The notes: generated by a model from the letters alone, not told the origin. A stretch of 64,000 nucleotides of DNA from Fulvivirga lutea (GCF_017068455.1 NZ_CP070608.1:1157488-1221487), one strand, 5' to 3'. Positions 39,248-49,332 are shown, counted from the stretch's first letter. A program made the numbers and translations.

Positions 39248-42200
39248 ATGAAAGCATTTTCAGTAATTTTTTGTGTTTTTCTTGGTGTTTTTACATTCAT
39301 TCAATCTACCGCACAGAAACAGGTTTCTTATACTTTGTACCTTGTGGGTGATGCGGGTAAAGTTACTGATGGCCAGACAAGCAACTTTCAGGTTATTTCC
39401 GAACAGATAAATGGCCAAAACGAGGGCCTTGTTTTTCTTGGTGATAACATTTATCAGCAAGGCATGCCAACTGCTCAAAGTGAGTCAAGGATAGCAGCTG
39501 AAGAGGCCATTAATGCTCAGATTGAACTGGCAAAAAAATTCAATGGAAATGCCTATTTTATTCCGGGTAATCACGATTGGGCTCAAGGCCGAAAAATCGG
39601 TTGGGATCAGGTGCAGCGTCAAGAAGATTATGTAGAAGACCGATTGGACAGTGCCAATGTGTTTATTCCAAATGATGGCTGTCCCGGGCCTGTGGAGGTG
39701 AATCTTTCTGATGAATTATTATTGGTAATTATCGATACGCAATGGTTTCTTCATGGGTGGGATAAACCAACGAATGAAATAGGTGGCTGCGATTTCAATA
39801 CTCCGCTTGATGTGCTATTGGCACTCGATCAGATATTAGCATTAAATACACACCGAAAAGTAGTCGTGGCAACGCATCATCCAATGTATACCTATGGCGA
39901 GCATGGTGGAGTTTTTCCATTCAAACATTTTTTAATGCCACCTGTAGTTGGCGCTTTTTATCCATTTTATCGGGCAGTTTTTGGTAGCGTGCAGGATATA
40001 CCGAATCCTAAATATAAAGGCATGCGAAATGCCTTGGTAGAAACATTGGAACAATACCCTAATGTTATCCATGTCGCAGGTCATGAACATTCTTTACAAT
40101 ATTCATTCAACAATTCGATCCACTATATAGTCAGTGGTTCTGGCAGCAAGACAACTTATGTGAAGAAAAAAGGCTTTGCCGAGTATGCTGAATCTGTTAA
40201 TGGCTTTGCTAAGTTGCTGTTCTACTCTGATGGGGAAGTAAAGGTTGAGTATTGGAGGCATGATGGTAGTAAAGCTTTCTCAAAATCTTTGATGAACAAA
40301 CCGTATGCACCAAAACTTACGGGAGAAGAATTTGCCAAAAAGTACGATTTGGAAGATAGCGTGTATGTGACTCATGCAAGCGACCAGTATGAAGCTGGAA
40401 AAGGACATAAACGTCTCTTTGGGGCTAATTACAGAGATGTTTGGCAGCAGGATTTAGAAGTTCCTGTTTTTGATATAGGTACAGAGCATGGCGGGCTAAA
40501 GATCGTACAACGAGGTGGTGGGCAGCAAACAAAATCGCTCCGTTTAGAAGCAAAAGACGGTAAACAGTATGTACTTAGGTCCATAGAAAAATTTGCTGCT
40601 GGTGCCATCCCTCCTTTTTTGAGAAATACTTTTGCTCAGGATTTGGTGCAAGACCAGATTTCTGCATCGCACCCATATGGCGCATTTGTAGTACCATATC
40701 TTGCCGAAGCCGCAGGAATTTATCATACTAACCCACAATTGGTTTTCATCCCGGATGATCCTCGTTTTGGAAAGTACCAGGCAACATTCGCCAACACGTT
40801 GGCTCTCTATGAAGAGCGGCCATCCAAAGACTGGTCAGATGCCGACTTTTTTGGAAACTCACCAGATATTGAAAGTACTTCTAAGGTATTGGAGAACCTG
40901 CAGGAAGACAATGATCATTATGTGGATCAGAAGTTTGTTGTGAAGTCGAGGTTATTTGATATGATCATTGGTGATTGGGACAGGCACGATGATCAGTGGC
41001 GCTGGTCAGAAATTGATGAAGGTAAGGGTAATAGGTATCGTCCAATTCCGCGTGATAGAGATCAGGTATTTTTCGTAAATGAGGGGTTTTTCCCAGGTAT
41101 TTGGAAACGCAAATGGGCACTGCCAAAGTTTGAAGGCTTCGATGAAGATATTGATTGGCCCTCGGGTCTTTCCTTTAACGCCAGATACTTCGATAGGTCT
41201 TTCCTGACCGGATTGGAAAGGGAAGATTGGATTGAAGCTGCTGAACAATTGAAAAGAGATTTAACCGATGAAAAAATTGAATCCGCTATTAAAAAATGGC
41301 CTAAACCTATTTATGATTTGCATGGTGAAAGGGTTATCAGAAGACTAAAGGCAAGAAGAGATAATATCACTGAATCTGCCATTAGCCATTATCTTTTTCT
41401 TGCCAAAGAAGTGGATGTGGTTGGGAGCGACAAGCATGAGAATTTTGTGGCCACGCGATTACCAAATGGCGATGTGCATGTTCAAGTAAGAAAAATGAAA
41501 AAAGATGGTGATAAGAAGCATACCATCTTTGAGCGCACTTTTAAGTATGACGAAACAAAGGAAATCCGACTTTATGCCTTGGGAGGTGATGACGAAATTG
41601 AAATTGAGGGTGAAAGTCCTAAAGGAATAAAGATCAGAGTAATTGGTGGTGATGGTGATGATGAACTGGATGATGACTCCAAAGTGGGCGGATTTGGTAA
41701 GAAAAATATCTTTTATGACACCAAAGAGGGTAATAAGTTAAAGTTGAACTCAGAAAGTAAAAACAGATTATCTAACAATGAGGATGTTAATAACTATAAC
41801 CGTAAGGCATTTCAGTATAATGTATTGATGCCATTGCTCACTGGTAATTTTAACCCCGATGACGGTGTTTATCTAGGTGGAGGATTCGTTTACACTAATC
41901 ATGGTTTTAGAAAAGAGCCATTTAAATCGAAGCACAAAGTATTAGGTAGCTATGCTATAAATACCCAGGCCTATAATTTTAATTACCTGGGACAGTTTAC
42001 TGATGTTATTCGTAAGTGGGACCTGGAAACAAACGTAAGTTTTTTGGTGCCTAATTTTGTTAATAACTTCTTTGGTTATGGAAATGAATCCAAGTTTGAT
42101 CAAGATATAGATGAAACCGTTGATGTAAACAGAGCTATTGACTATTATCGACTAAGATTTGAGGAAATATCCTATGAAGTTGGCTTTTTCCGCCCCATTG

Positions 42201-42892
42201 GTTCTCTCGCCAGAATAGGAATAACTCATGACTTTGTCAGCTGGGAATTAGATCAGGGTGCCAATGAAAATCGCTTTGTAACCGATGTTTTTCTCCCTAA
42301 TACCAATTTAGAGAACGAGCAAACGGTTAATTACATGGGTGGTGGTTTGAGATTAGATGTTGATACTCGGAAGAATATAAAGAACCCCGTTTCAGGCCTT
42401 TTATGGACTAATAAAATCAATACACTCTATGGTATCGATGATGCTACAGATGATTTCCATCAGTATAATACCGAGTTGTCGGTTTATCATAGTTTTAAAA
42501 TACCCGCTAAGCTCACTTTTGCAGCACGAGTTGGCTGGGGTATTAACTTTGGCGACTATCCATTTTTCAGAGGGCAAACGTTAGGTGGTAGAGAGCAAAT
42601 AAGAGGGTATCGAAAAACTAGATTTTACGGTGATGAAGCATTTTTCTCCAATGTAGAGGCTCGATTGAAACTGTTTAGTGTGAAAGGCTACATCCTACCG
42701 GCTACGGTTGGTATTCTCGGCTTTCATGATGTTGGTAGAGTTTGGGTGGATGGAGAGAACTCAGACAAATGGCATCGTGGCATAGGTGGTGGAATATGGA
42801 TTGAACCTTTCAACTTAACAGTATTGTCATTCGAAGTAGGCGCATCCGAAGAAGAGACATTGGCTTATGTAAGAATGGGATTCCTATTTTAA
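39248..42892 (+). CDS. 1214-aa secreted multidomain protein: calcineurin-like metallophosphoesterase + central domain of unknown function (kinase-like catalytic-loop motif) + C-terminal Omp85/BamA-type beta-barrel
   Basis: Signal peptide; MPP motifs GDAGKV, LVFLGDNIYQQG, GNHDW, ATHHPMY, GHEHS. The central segment has GDWDRHDDQW ... IPRDRDQVFF. The C-terminus has the Bac_surface_Ag-like GYRKTRFYGDEAF...GGGIWIEPF... and ends ...RMGFLF (OMP C-terminal Phe). Confidence 0.75.
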   Translation: MKAFSVIFCVFLGVFTFIQSTAQKQVSYTLYLVGDAGKVTDGQTSNFQVISEQINGQNEGLVFLGDNIYQQGMPTAQSESRIAAEEAINAQIELAKKFNGNAYFIPGNHDWAQGRKIGWDQVQRQEDYVEDRLDSANVFIPNDGCPGPVEVNLSDELLLVIIDTQWFLHGWDKPTNEIGGCDFNTPLDVLLALDQILALNTHRKVVVATHHPMYTYGEHGGVFPFKHFLMPPVVGAFYPFYRAVFGSVQDIPNPKYKGMRNALVETLEQYPNVIHVAGHEHSLQYSFNNSIHYIVSGSGSKTTYVKKKGFAEYAESVNGFAKLLFYSDGEVKVEYWRHDGSKAFSKSLMNKPYAPKLTGEEFAKKYDLEDSVYVTHASDQYEAGKGHKRLFGANYRDVWQQDLEVPVFDIGTEHGGLKIVQRGGGQQTKSLRLEAKDGKQYVLRSIEKFAAGAIPPFLRNTFAQDLVQDQISASHPYGAFVVPYLAEAAGIYHTNPQLVFIPDDPRFGKYQATFANTLALYEERPSKDWSDADFFGNSPDIESTSKVLENLQEDNDHYVDQKFVVKSRLFDMIIGDWDRHDDQWRWSEIDEGKGNRYRPIPRDRDQVFFVNEGFFPGIWKRKWALPKFEGFDEDIDWPSGLSFNARYFDRSFLTGLEREDWIEAAEQLKRDLTDEKIESAIKKWPKPIYDLHGERVIRRLKARRDNITESAISHYLFLAKEVDVVGSDKHENFVATRLPNGDVHVQVRKMKKDGDKKHTIFERTFKYDETKEIRLYALGGDDEIEIEGESPKGIKIRVIGGDGDDELDDDSKVGGFGKKNIFYDTKEGNKLKLNSESKNRLSNNEDVNNYNRKAFQYNVLMPLLTGNFNPDDGVYLGGGFVYTNHGFRKEPFKSKHKVLGSYAINTQAYNFNYLGQFTDVIRKWDLETNVSFLVPNFVNNFFGYGNESKFDQDIDETVDVNRAIDYYRLRFEEISYEVGFFRPIGSLARIGITHDFVSWELDQGANENRFVTDVFLPNTNLENEQTVNYMGGGLRLDVDTRKNIKNPVSGLLWTNKINTLYGIDDATDDFHQYNTELSVYHSFKIPAKLTFAARVGWGINFGDYPFFRGQTLGGREQIRGYRKTRFYGDEAFFSNVEARLKLFSVKGYILPATVGILGFHDVGRVWVDGENSDKWHRGIGGGIWIEPFNLTVLSFEVGASEEETLAYVRMGFLF

Positions 42893-43003
42893 AATATTCT
42901 TAATATTACTTTAATAATTTATAATTAGAGTTTTCTTATTTATTTGAATTCCTACCGACCAGATTGTTTTAAATAAGGCCTTTGAGCGTTATCTTGTAAC
43001 TTA

Positions 43004-44929
43004 GTGTTTAAACATTATTTAGCAATACTGTCTTTTTGTGCTTTGTTAGTTTGCCATTCGGGCAATCTAAGGGGGCAATTCATTAAAATAGATAGCCTAA
43101 AATCTTTATTACAAACAGACTTGCCCGACTCACAGCGCGTTAAGATAACGTATACGTTAGGTAGAGAATTGGTTTATGTAGACGATAATGAAGCGATGAA
43201 GTTTGCTAAATTATCGGAGCAAATTGCAAAAGAAATTAATAGTGATATTGATCTGGCCTATTCCTACCGTATTCAATCTTCCATTTACGCTGCTCAAGGA
43301 TTGTTTTCATTATCAACGGAGATGGGACTTAAAGCCAGGCAGATTTTTGAGCAACAAGGCGATTTACAGGGCCTGGCAAATAACCACATCACTATGGGTA
43401 ACTTATACAGGTTACAAGGCCTGCATTCCAAATCGGCAGAGTATCACAGACTTTCACATAACTATTTTAAAGCAAACGGACCTGAGTACAGATACGCCAT
43501 AACATGCTTAAATTATGGAGAAGCCCTGTATTATTTGGATAGCCTCGATAAAGCCAAAAAATTACTACATACTTCCATTATTATTAATGATAAAATTGGA
43601 AATGAGTTAGCCCAAACATTTTCATTCAAAGCAATGGGTCTAATTTATTCTAAGGAGCAGGATTATGATTCCGCCAAATACTACTTATCAAAAGCGATTG
43701 AAATTTCAGATAAACTAGGAAGCAATTCCCAAAAGCAGGCGACACTTGAATCTTTTATTAACCTGGCAAAGATTTATGAAAAAGAAAATAATTTGGAAGA
43801 GGAGCTAAAACTTTTGAAAAGAAGTTTAATGTACGCTCAAAATTATAGTCTAAGTAAAGAGCTTTCTAACATTTATTTCAGACTCGTTGAGTTATATATG
43901 ACTACCAAAAATTATGAATATGCGGAAGAGTATATGAGTAAGTACAGAAGATTATCAGATTCAATGAAATCAGCATCACGGTCAGATATGGAAGGACTAA
44001 TAGACGCGGCTTATAATTCTTTAAGAACAAATCTTGAAAATGAATATTTATTAAAGGAAAAGCAGATTTCTGAAGATGTTATAGCCTATCAAAAGAAATT
44101 GATATTTACTATTGGATTTCTAGCTCTTATAGCTGCCGCTTCAGTCATTTTCGTTCTGATTAGTTTTAGAAAATTAAAGAAATCGAATACCCAACTTGAA
44201 ATTCAAAAAGAGCAAATAAAGAATAAGTCTGAAGAGTTAGAAGAATTGAATGCTACGAAAGATAAAATGTTTTCTGTGGTATCTCATGACATGCGGAGCC
44301 CACTCCACTCACTCTTAGCATTTTCAGATTTGGTGACCAAACATTATGACAGTATGAGCAAAGAAGAAGTAGCTGAAATGATAGGTCAATTAAAAACAAA
44401 TGTAGACGCAACATTAAAAATGACCGAAAACCTGATTGAGTGGGCAAAACTGCAAATGCAAAATGTTAAAACCGAACCTGTCGAATTCGATTTGAATGGG
44501 GTATTGGACGAATTGGTGAGCGTTTTCCAAAGTGTGGCAGAGCAAAAAAATATAGTTTTATCACTTGAGAAATCAGAGAACAGCATAGTGAAGGCTGATA
44601 AGGATCAATTGAGTATCATCATCAGAAACTTACTCAATAATGCCATTAAATATACAAACGAACATGGTGAAGTTTCTTTAAGGGGCAGCCAGTCAGAAAA
44701 TCAAGTATTCTTAACGATAAAGGATACTGGTGAGGGAATGTCGGATGAATTATTAAATAGTCTATTCGAGTTACATGTTAAATCGCGTGTGGGTACAGCA
44801 GGGGAAAAAGGAACCGGGTTAGGTCTAGTTCTATGTTATGAATATGCTTCTAAGAACAACGTTAAAATCGAAGTACACAGCAAGGTAAAAGAAGGCACAA
44901 CCTTTACATTAACCATTCCTAAAGCATAA
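43004..44929 (+). CDS. TPR-repeat sensor histidine kinase (periplasmic TPR, one TM, HisKA + HATPase_c)
   Basis: 641 aa; TPR-like repeats, TM LIFTIGFLALIAAASVIFVLI, H-box FSVVSHDMRSPLHSL, and the G-box GTGLGL. Confidence 0.8.
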   Translation: MFKHYLAILSFCALLVCHSGNLRGQFIKIDSLKSLLQTDLPDSQRVKITYTLGRELVYVDDNEAMKFAKLSEQIAKEINSDIDLAYSYRIQSSIYAAQGLFSLSTEMGLKARQIFEQQGDLQGLANNHITMGNLYRLQGLHSKSAEYHRLSHNYFKANGPEYRYAITCLNYGEALYYLDSLDKAKKLLHTSIIINDKIGNELAQTFSFKAMGLIYSKEQDYDSAKYYLSKAIEISDKLGSNSQKQATLESFINLAKIYEKENNLEEELKLLKRSLMYAQNYSLSKELSNIYFRLVELYMTTKNYEYAEEYMSKYRRLSDSMKSASRSDMEGLIDAAYNSLRTNLENEYLLKEKQISEDVIAYQKKLIFTIGFLALIAAASVIFVLISFRKLKKSNTQLEIQKEQIKNKSEELEELNATKDKMFSVVSHDMRSPLHSLLAFSDLVTKHYDSMSKEEVAEMIGQLKTNVDATLKMTENLIEWAKLQMQNVKTEPVEFDLNGVLDELVSVFQSVAEQKNIVLSLEKSENSIVKADKDQLSIIIRNLLNNAIKYTNEHGEVSLRGSQSENQVFLTIKDTGEGMSDELLNSLFELHVKSRVGTAGEKGTGLGLVLCYEYASKNNVKIEVHSKVKEGTTFTLTIPKA

Positions 44930-45023
44930 TCAGTTTCATTTATAGAGTTATTGGTTTTAATGATTATAAAACCAGGGAATAGTCGGGCATAATCAACAGA
45001 TTTGCAGCCATAAATATCAGACT

Positions 45024-45278
45024 ATGAGATTACCACTAATAAAACATATAGTAGAGTTTGTTGATACCCACGATGAGGACTGGATTGTTGAAACTATAGA
45101 GTTGCTTGAAAATCTTGCCGAAGCTCCTGGAATGAAAGATGAGGAGATGGAAGTAGTAGGAGAGTTACTTTCTAACCTTTATGGTGCGCTAGAGGTAAGT
45201 AAAGACATAAAAAAAGGAACAGATCGCAAAGAAGCGCTCAACGGCTTTATGAAGAGGGTGATGGGTTCTATCAATTAG
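45024..45278 (+). CDS. hypothetical small acidic protein
   Basis: 84 aa ORF; no recognised motif. Confidence 0.35.
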   Translation: MRLPLIKHIVEFVDTHDEDWIVETIELLENLAEAPGMKDEEMEVVGELLSNLYGALEVSKDIKKGTDRKEALNGFMKRVMGSIN

Positions 45279-45349
45279 CAATTGACGATGTACAATTAAC
45301 AATTAATGGTATCTTATTGTGCATTGTTAATTGAAATTTGCTCATTGTT

Positions 45350-46177
45350 TCAAGCATACGGATCATTCAACCATTGCCAAAATCTCTTAAAGGGGTTCTT
45401 TGTAGTAAGCTTTGTTCTCTGAGGTTTTGAGGCTGCTTCTAACTCTTTTTTCTTTTTTCTCTTTTTAGCAGCCTTTTCCACTTCTTTTTGTTTTGGCTTT
45501 ATATTTTGCTCGAAGTAGGCTTTTTTCTTTTCTTTTAACTTCTTTTCGCGCTCTTCTTTTTCTTTGCGTCTCTTTTTCTCCTCAAGCTTTTGTTTTTGTT
45601 CAAAAGAAAGAGGTTCTCTCTTTCTACGATTGTTCCGCTTATCGAATTTCTTATTTCTTCTAGGGCTTCGTCTATTATCAGAGTTGTCTTCTTCTTCCTT
45701 TTTCTCCTGCTTTTCTTGCTTGGGTTTAGGTTCAGGCAGGTCAATTTTACCTACAACTTTAATACCTTCTAGCTTCACCTTTTTAGCCCTCACAACATCA
45801 AAAGAAGGAATATTATCTTCCGTAATATCGTCTATGGTAATTTCTTTAATTTCCTTTTTTTCAATTACTGGCTCTTCTTTTGGCTCATCTCGTAGTTCCT
45901 CATCAACAGTACTGTCACTTTCCTCGGTAGCTTCAGCTTTTACCTCTTCGTCAGGCTCATCACTTTGCTCCTCTTCTGCTACTTCAGGCTCTAACTTTTT
46001 TAGCTCTTCTGGTTCTGTAAATACAGTTACATCAAAATGCTTGTAAAGAGCCGTTACTTGCTCCTCGGTGAGTTTGGAGTTTCCCCCTTCAGGTGTTTCA
46101 AATCCCTTTTTTGCCAAAAGTTCATTTATATCCGTCTGTGTAACCCCTAATTTTCTTGCTATTTGCGATAACCTCAT
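45350..46177 (-). CDS. highly charged protein with an IF2-N-like N-terminal motif, an acidic linker and a Lys/Arg/Glu-rich C-terminal half
   Basis: The likely start is MRLSQIARKLGVTQTDINELLAKKG; the ORF track begins 12 codons upstream at 46213. Extreme KEKR low complexity generates several spurious overlapping antisense ORFs. Confidence 0.55.
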   Translation of the reverse strand: MRLSQIARKLGVTQTDINELLAKKGFETPEGGNSKLTEEQVTALYKHFDVTVFTEPEELKKLEPEVAEEEQSDEPDEEVKAEATEESDSTVDEELRDEPKEEPVIEKKEIKEITIDDITEDNIPSFDVVRAKKVKLEGIKVVGKIDLPEPKPKQEKQEKKEEEDNSDNRRSPRRNKKFDKRNNRRKREPLSFEQKQKLEEKKRRKEKEEREKKLKEKKKAYFEQNIKPKQKEVEKAAKKRKKKKELEAASKPQRTKLTTKNPFKRFWQWLNDPYA

Positions 46178-46239
46178 TCTGACTGTAGCTAAATAAACCA
46201 CAAAAATGGTCATTAACTGTTATTTAACACAATCTAACC

Positions 46240-46617
46240 TTAATTATTATTAGGTTTCGGGGGTATGTACATCAGGTAGGTGAATAACAAAGCAAAGACA
46301 CTGTAAATACATGCCAAAATTACTATCAGTGCACTTGGATTCTTGTAGGCCAGCTTGACAAACGAGATGGAACCAATCAGACAATGTGCTAAATTTCCTA
46401 TCACCAAGGGTCTACCGTAAATTCCACCGACTGTTAAATTTTTAGAATGCCAATTAACCAATCCAAAACCAAACATGAGTGAAGCAATTAAGATTGTGTG
46501 TATGTCAGATTGAGGGAGGTCAGCTACTTCGGTGATTTCATCTCCCATGAAGAGAAGCGATACGCCTACAAGGCAAAGCAATACTGAATAGGGAGTTATA
46601 ATATATTTCGCAATCAT
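46240..46617 (-). CDS. small membrane protein (4 TM), unknown function
   Basis: 125 aa ORF with four hydrophobic segments. Confidence 0.45.
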   Translation of the reverse strand: MIAKYIITPYSVLLCLVGVSLLFMGDEITEVADLPQSDIHTILIASLMFGFGLVNWHSKNLTVGGIYGRPLVIGNLAHCLIGSISFVKLAYKNPSALIVILACIYSVFALLFTYLMYIPPKPNNN

Positions 46618-46761
46618 AAATCCAAACTATTAAATTTTTTACCATGTTTTTTATCAATAATGATTAGTGGCTAACTAAACAGTTAAGCCTGAAATTTTAT
46701 ATTCCAACCATTTAAGCCTTTAGTGTGTCTTAGGGATATAGACTTAAATAAAACAAAAAAA

Positions 46762-47241
46762 ATGAAAAGACTACCATTCATAATAATCATGATGTCATTT
46801 TTGGCATTCTCATGTTCAGATGATGATAACCCAAGTGTTTCAAAAGAATCGAAAACTTCTAACTATTCTGGAGACTTGCGATTTGAAGATGCTCTTGAAG
46901 ATATTCAAGAGGGCAATGGAACATCTGATGAATTTACAATTTATAAAGTGAGTGTAGTGTCGGATAGTCTTCTTGTGGAGGTTGGGTATGCCGGTGGCTG
47001 TCAATCGCATGAGTTTGAATTGATTTGGCCTGATGCCATTATAACTATTTACCCTTACGATTTCGGTGTTATTTTAAATCACAATGCGAATGGAGATTTG
47101 TGTGAGGCATTTATTCAAGAGACACTGTTTTTTAATTTATCAGATAATCCATTGGGATTAAATGATCAATCGATTCAGGATATGAAGATTACGATTATCA
47201 ATGGCAGCGACCCTGATAATGCAGTAAGTAATAAAGAATAG
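46762..47241 (+). CDS. lipoprotein, unknown function
   Basis: The start at MKRLPFIIIMMSFLAFSC|SDD gives a lipobox. The ORF track begins 13 codons upstream. Confidence 0.5.
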   Translation: MKRLPFIIIMMSFLAFSCSDDDNPSVSKESKTSNYSGDLRFEDALEDIQEGNGTSDEFTIYKVSVVSDSLLVEVGYAGGCQSHEFELIWPDAIITIYPYDFGVILNHNANGDLCEAFIQETLFFNLSDNPLGLNDQSIQDMKITIINGSDPDNAVSNKE

Positions 47242-47243
47242 GT

Positions 47244-48134
47244 TTAGTGATGATTGAAAATTGAGCGATAGGCGGACTTTAGTTCGCCTATTTCTTTTTC
47301 GTTAAATTCTAAAGGCTGAGTTATTAGTTCTTCGCCCAGCCATGTACAGGGTTGGGAGAAAAATATGTCTTCTTTCAAATCCAGTAGCTCCTTGTATTCT
47401 CGATTAATTGGCATCGAAACGGGTAAAATAAAGTCCTTTCGATCTATCCATTCCAGAATGTGCATTACACACTGGGCAATGCCATATTTAGTTGCTGTTT
47501 CCGTCTCACGAATTTTTCTAGCTGACAGTTTAAGTTCATTCGAAATATCCTCTAATTCCTTTGCTGAAAAATAATTACTAACTGGCTGGCCATTAATGGA
47601 TGAAACTGAGTAAACAGGAACCATATTGTCGCCATGCTCACCAAGTACTAATGATTCTACCTCATTGATAGGAACCTTAGCATGCTTCGAAAGGAGGTAG
47701 TTCAAACGATAAGTATCTAAACATGTGCCGCTGCCCAATACCATTAATTTATGATCATAATGCTCACTAATCCATTGAGCTACTAACTCTACAGGGTTAG
47801 TTACAGCGATAATTACAGTTTCAGCCTTAGGAGTTATTTGGGAGAATATTTCCCCAATTAATTTTTTATTCTCTTTTGCTACACTATTTCTGCTTTGTTC
47901 AATCGTATTACTATATCCAGCCGCATAAATGATGTAATCAGAATTATTTAAGGCCTTTTCATTATTAACGATAACGGTATTGTTATTAAAACTACCGGCA
48001 TGAAACAAATCAAGATATCGACCATCAATTTGAGCAATATCGATCAGGTTGAGAACCGTATTTTGGTATTTCTGTAAAAGCAAACTAACTACGGTGCTAC
48101 CTACTTCGCCTATGCCAATAACGCTTATAATCAT
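47244..48134 (-). CDS. lactate/malate dehydrogenase-family NAD-dependent oxidoreductase
   Basis: 296 aa; Rossmann ISVIGIGEVGSTVV, substrate loop ...EQSRNS, catalytic region LDTYRL and VLGEHGDNMVPVYS (the His of GEHGD). It overlaps the upstream gene start by 4 bp. Confidence 0.75.
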   Translation of the reverse strand: MIISVIGIGEVGSTVVSLLLQKYQNTVLNLIDIAQIDGRYLDLFHAGSFNNNTVIVNNEKALNNSDYIIYAAGYSNTIEQSRNSVAKENKKLIGEIFSQITPKAETVIIAVTNPVELVAQWISEHYDHKLMVLGSGTCLDTYRLNYLLSKHAKVPINEVESLVLGEHGDNMVPVYSVSSINGQPVSNYFSAKELEDISNELKLSARKIRETETATKYGIAQCVMHILEWIDRKDFILPVSMPINREYKELLDLKEDIFFSQPCTWLGEELITQPLEFNEKEIGELKSAYRSIFNHH

Positions 48135-49291
48135 ATCAACTTAGCATGTGTGGTAATATACCTTTCAGGGATTTCTCCTTTGGTTGCCGTTTGGTAATCG
48201 GAGTAGCTACATGGAATGATGCAATTACGCGCATACTTATCTTTACCTTGTGGGTAAGGCACTTCTAGCCACCATTTTTCACTCAATTTACTCTTATAAA
48301 AGTTTAGAGCATCAGGATCCCCCGGCATGGAAACCACGAATTTCAGGTAGTCGTTTGTTTTAAAATTTTGCTCTTTTTTTCTGTGATAATAACCTTCAAT
48401 AAAATACCAGATCATGGTTGCTACTACTGAAGCTGTCTTTTTTGACTCATCATCTTTGTCAGGATTGTAATCGTAAAACCCTGCTGAGCTAAGTTTTTCG
48501 TTAATACCTGCATACCATGTTATCTGGCAGGCTTCTTCGCCTGTTAGACCGAAGGGCTGCGCATTAGCATTGCCTGGAGCATCAGATGATTTGATGGCCG
48601 ATATATCGAAAGACAGCATATCTGCATTACGAATAATTGGCTCCATTTCAGAAATATTGGAGCGTAAATGGCCAATTCGATAAGCTTCGAAATAAAGTTT
48701 TTCTAAAATATTTATTGAACTCTGATCTATTAAATAGCTCTGATACGCCAGATGGCTATAATTGAATAAATAATTAGGTTCATGTAATAATATTTTATGA
48801 ATGTGTTTGTCACTTTCTGGTTCGCTTACCCCTTCTTCCATATCCAAAAAGGCATCAACATTTAACAAGCTAATCAACTTCTCCATGCCCTCATAAGCCT
48901 TGTATTGTCCATAATCAAGATCATGAGAACCGCCAATAATTATAGGCAACACATTATTTTGTATTAGCGCTGCACAAACTTCTGTCAATCTGCCGGAGGT
49001 CTCGTCTAAGTCCATGCCCGGACGAATGTTTCCTAAATCAACAATCTTATATTTACCTGTACCCTTTTTTAGTGCATACAATTTCTTACGAATTTCATCC
49101 GCAGCCTTGGCAGTTCCCTTGTTGGTAAGGGTTCCTCTTTCTTCATTAACACCAACAATAGCCATGTCAGCCCCTTTAAAGCTGGGCATTTTATCAATGT
49201 TGTATTTGATGTTTTTATAGAAGCTGTTTGAGCTTCTTATGTGCGAGAATAAATCCTCATCTAATGGGGAGAAAAATATCTTTAGATCCAT
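48131..49291 (-). CDS. arginase/agmatinase/formiminoglutamase-fold protein with atypical metal-site motifs
   Basis: 386 aa; arginase-family blocks align (VGVNEERGTLTNKGTAKAADEIR; PIIIGGSHDL; DAFLD where DAHxD is expected; SFDISAIKSSDAPG where SxDxDxxDP is expected). It is translationally coupled to the LDH-like gene. Confidence 0.6.
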   Translation of the reverse strand: MDLKIFFSPLDEDLFSHIRSSNSFYKNIKYNIDKMPSFKGADMAIVGVNEERGTLTNKGTAKAADEIRKKLYALKKGTGKYKIVDLGNIRPGMDLDETSGRLTEVCAALIQNNVLPIIIGGSHDLDYGQYKAYEGMEKLISLLNVDAFLDMEEGVSEPESDKHIHKILLHEPNYLFNYSHLAYQSYLIDQSSINILEKLYFEAYRIGHLRSNISEMEPIIRNADMLSFDISAIKSSDAPGNANAQPFGLTGEEACQITWYAGINEKLSSAGFYDYNPDKDDESKKTASVVATMIWYFIEGYYHRKKEQNFKTNDYLKFVVSMPGDPDALNFYKSKLSEKWWLEVPYPQGKDKYARNCIIPCSYSDYQTATKGEIPERYITTHAKLI

Positions 49292-49332
49292 CGGTTGAAT
49301 TTGATCCTAAAATACAATTTTGAGTAATTAAC

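Noticed and set aside
45535-46046. ORFs 45535..45744 (-), 45564..46046 (+) and 45590..45772 (+), overlapping the charged-protein gene
   Set aside because: They arise from the low-complexity KEKR/poly-Ser codon repeats of that gene. There is no independent support.
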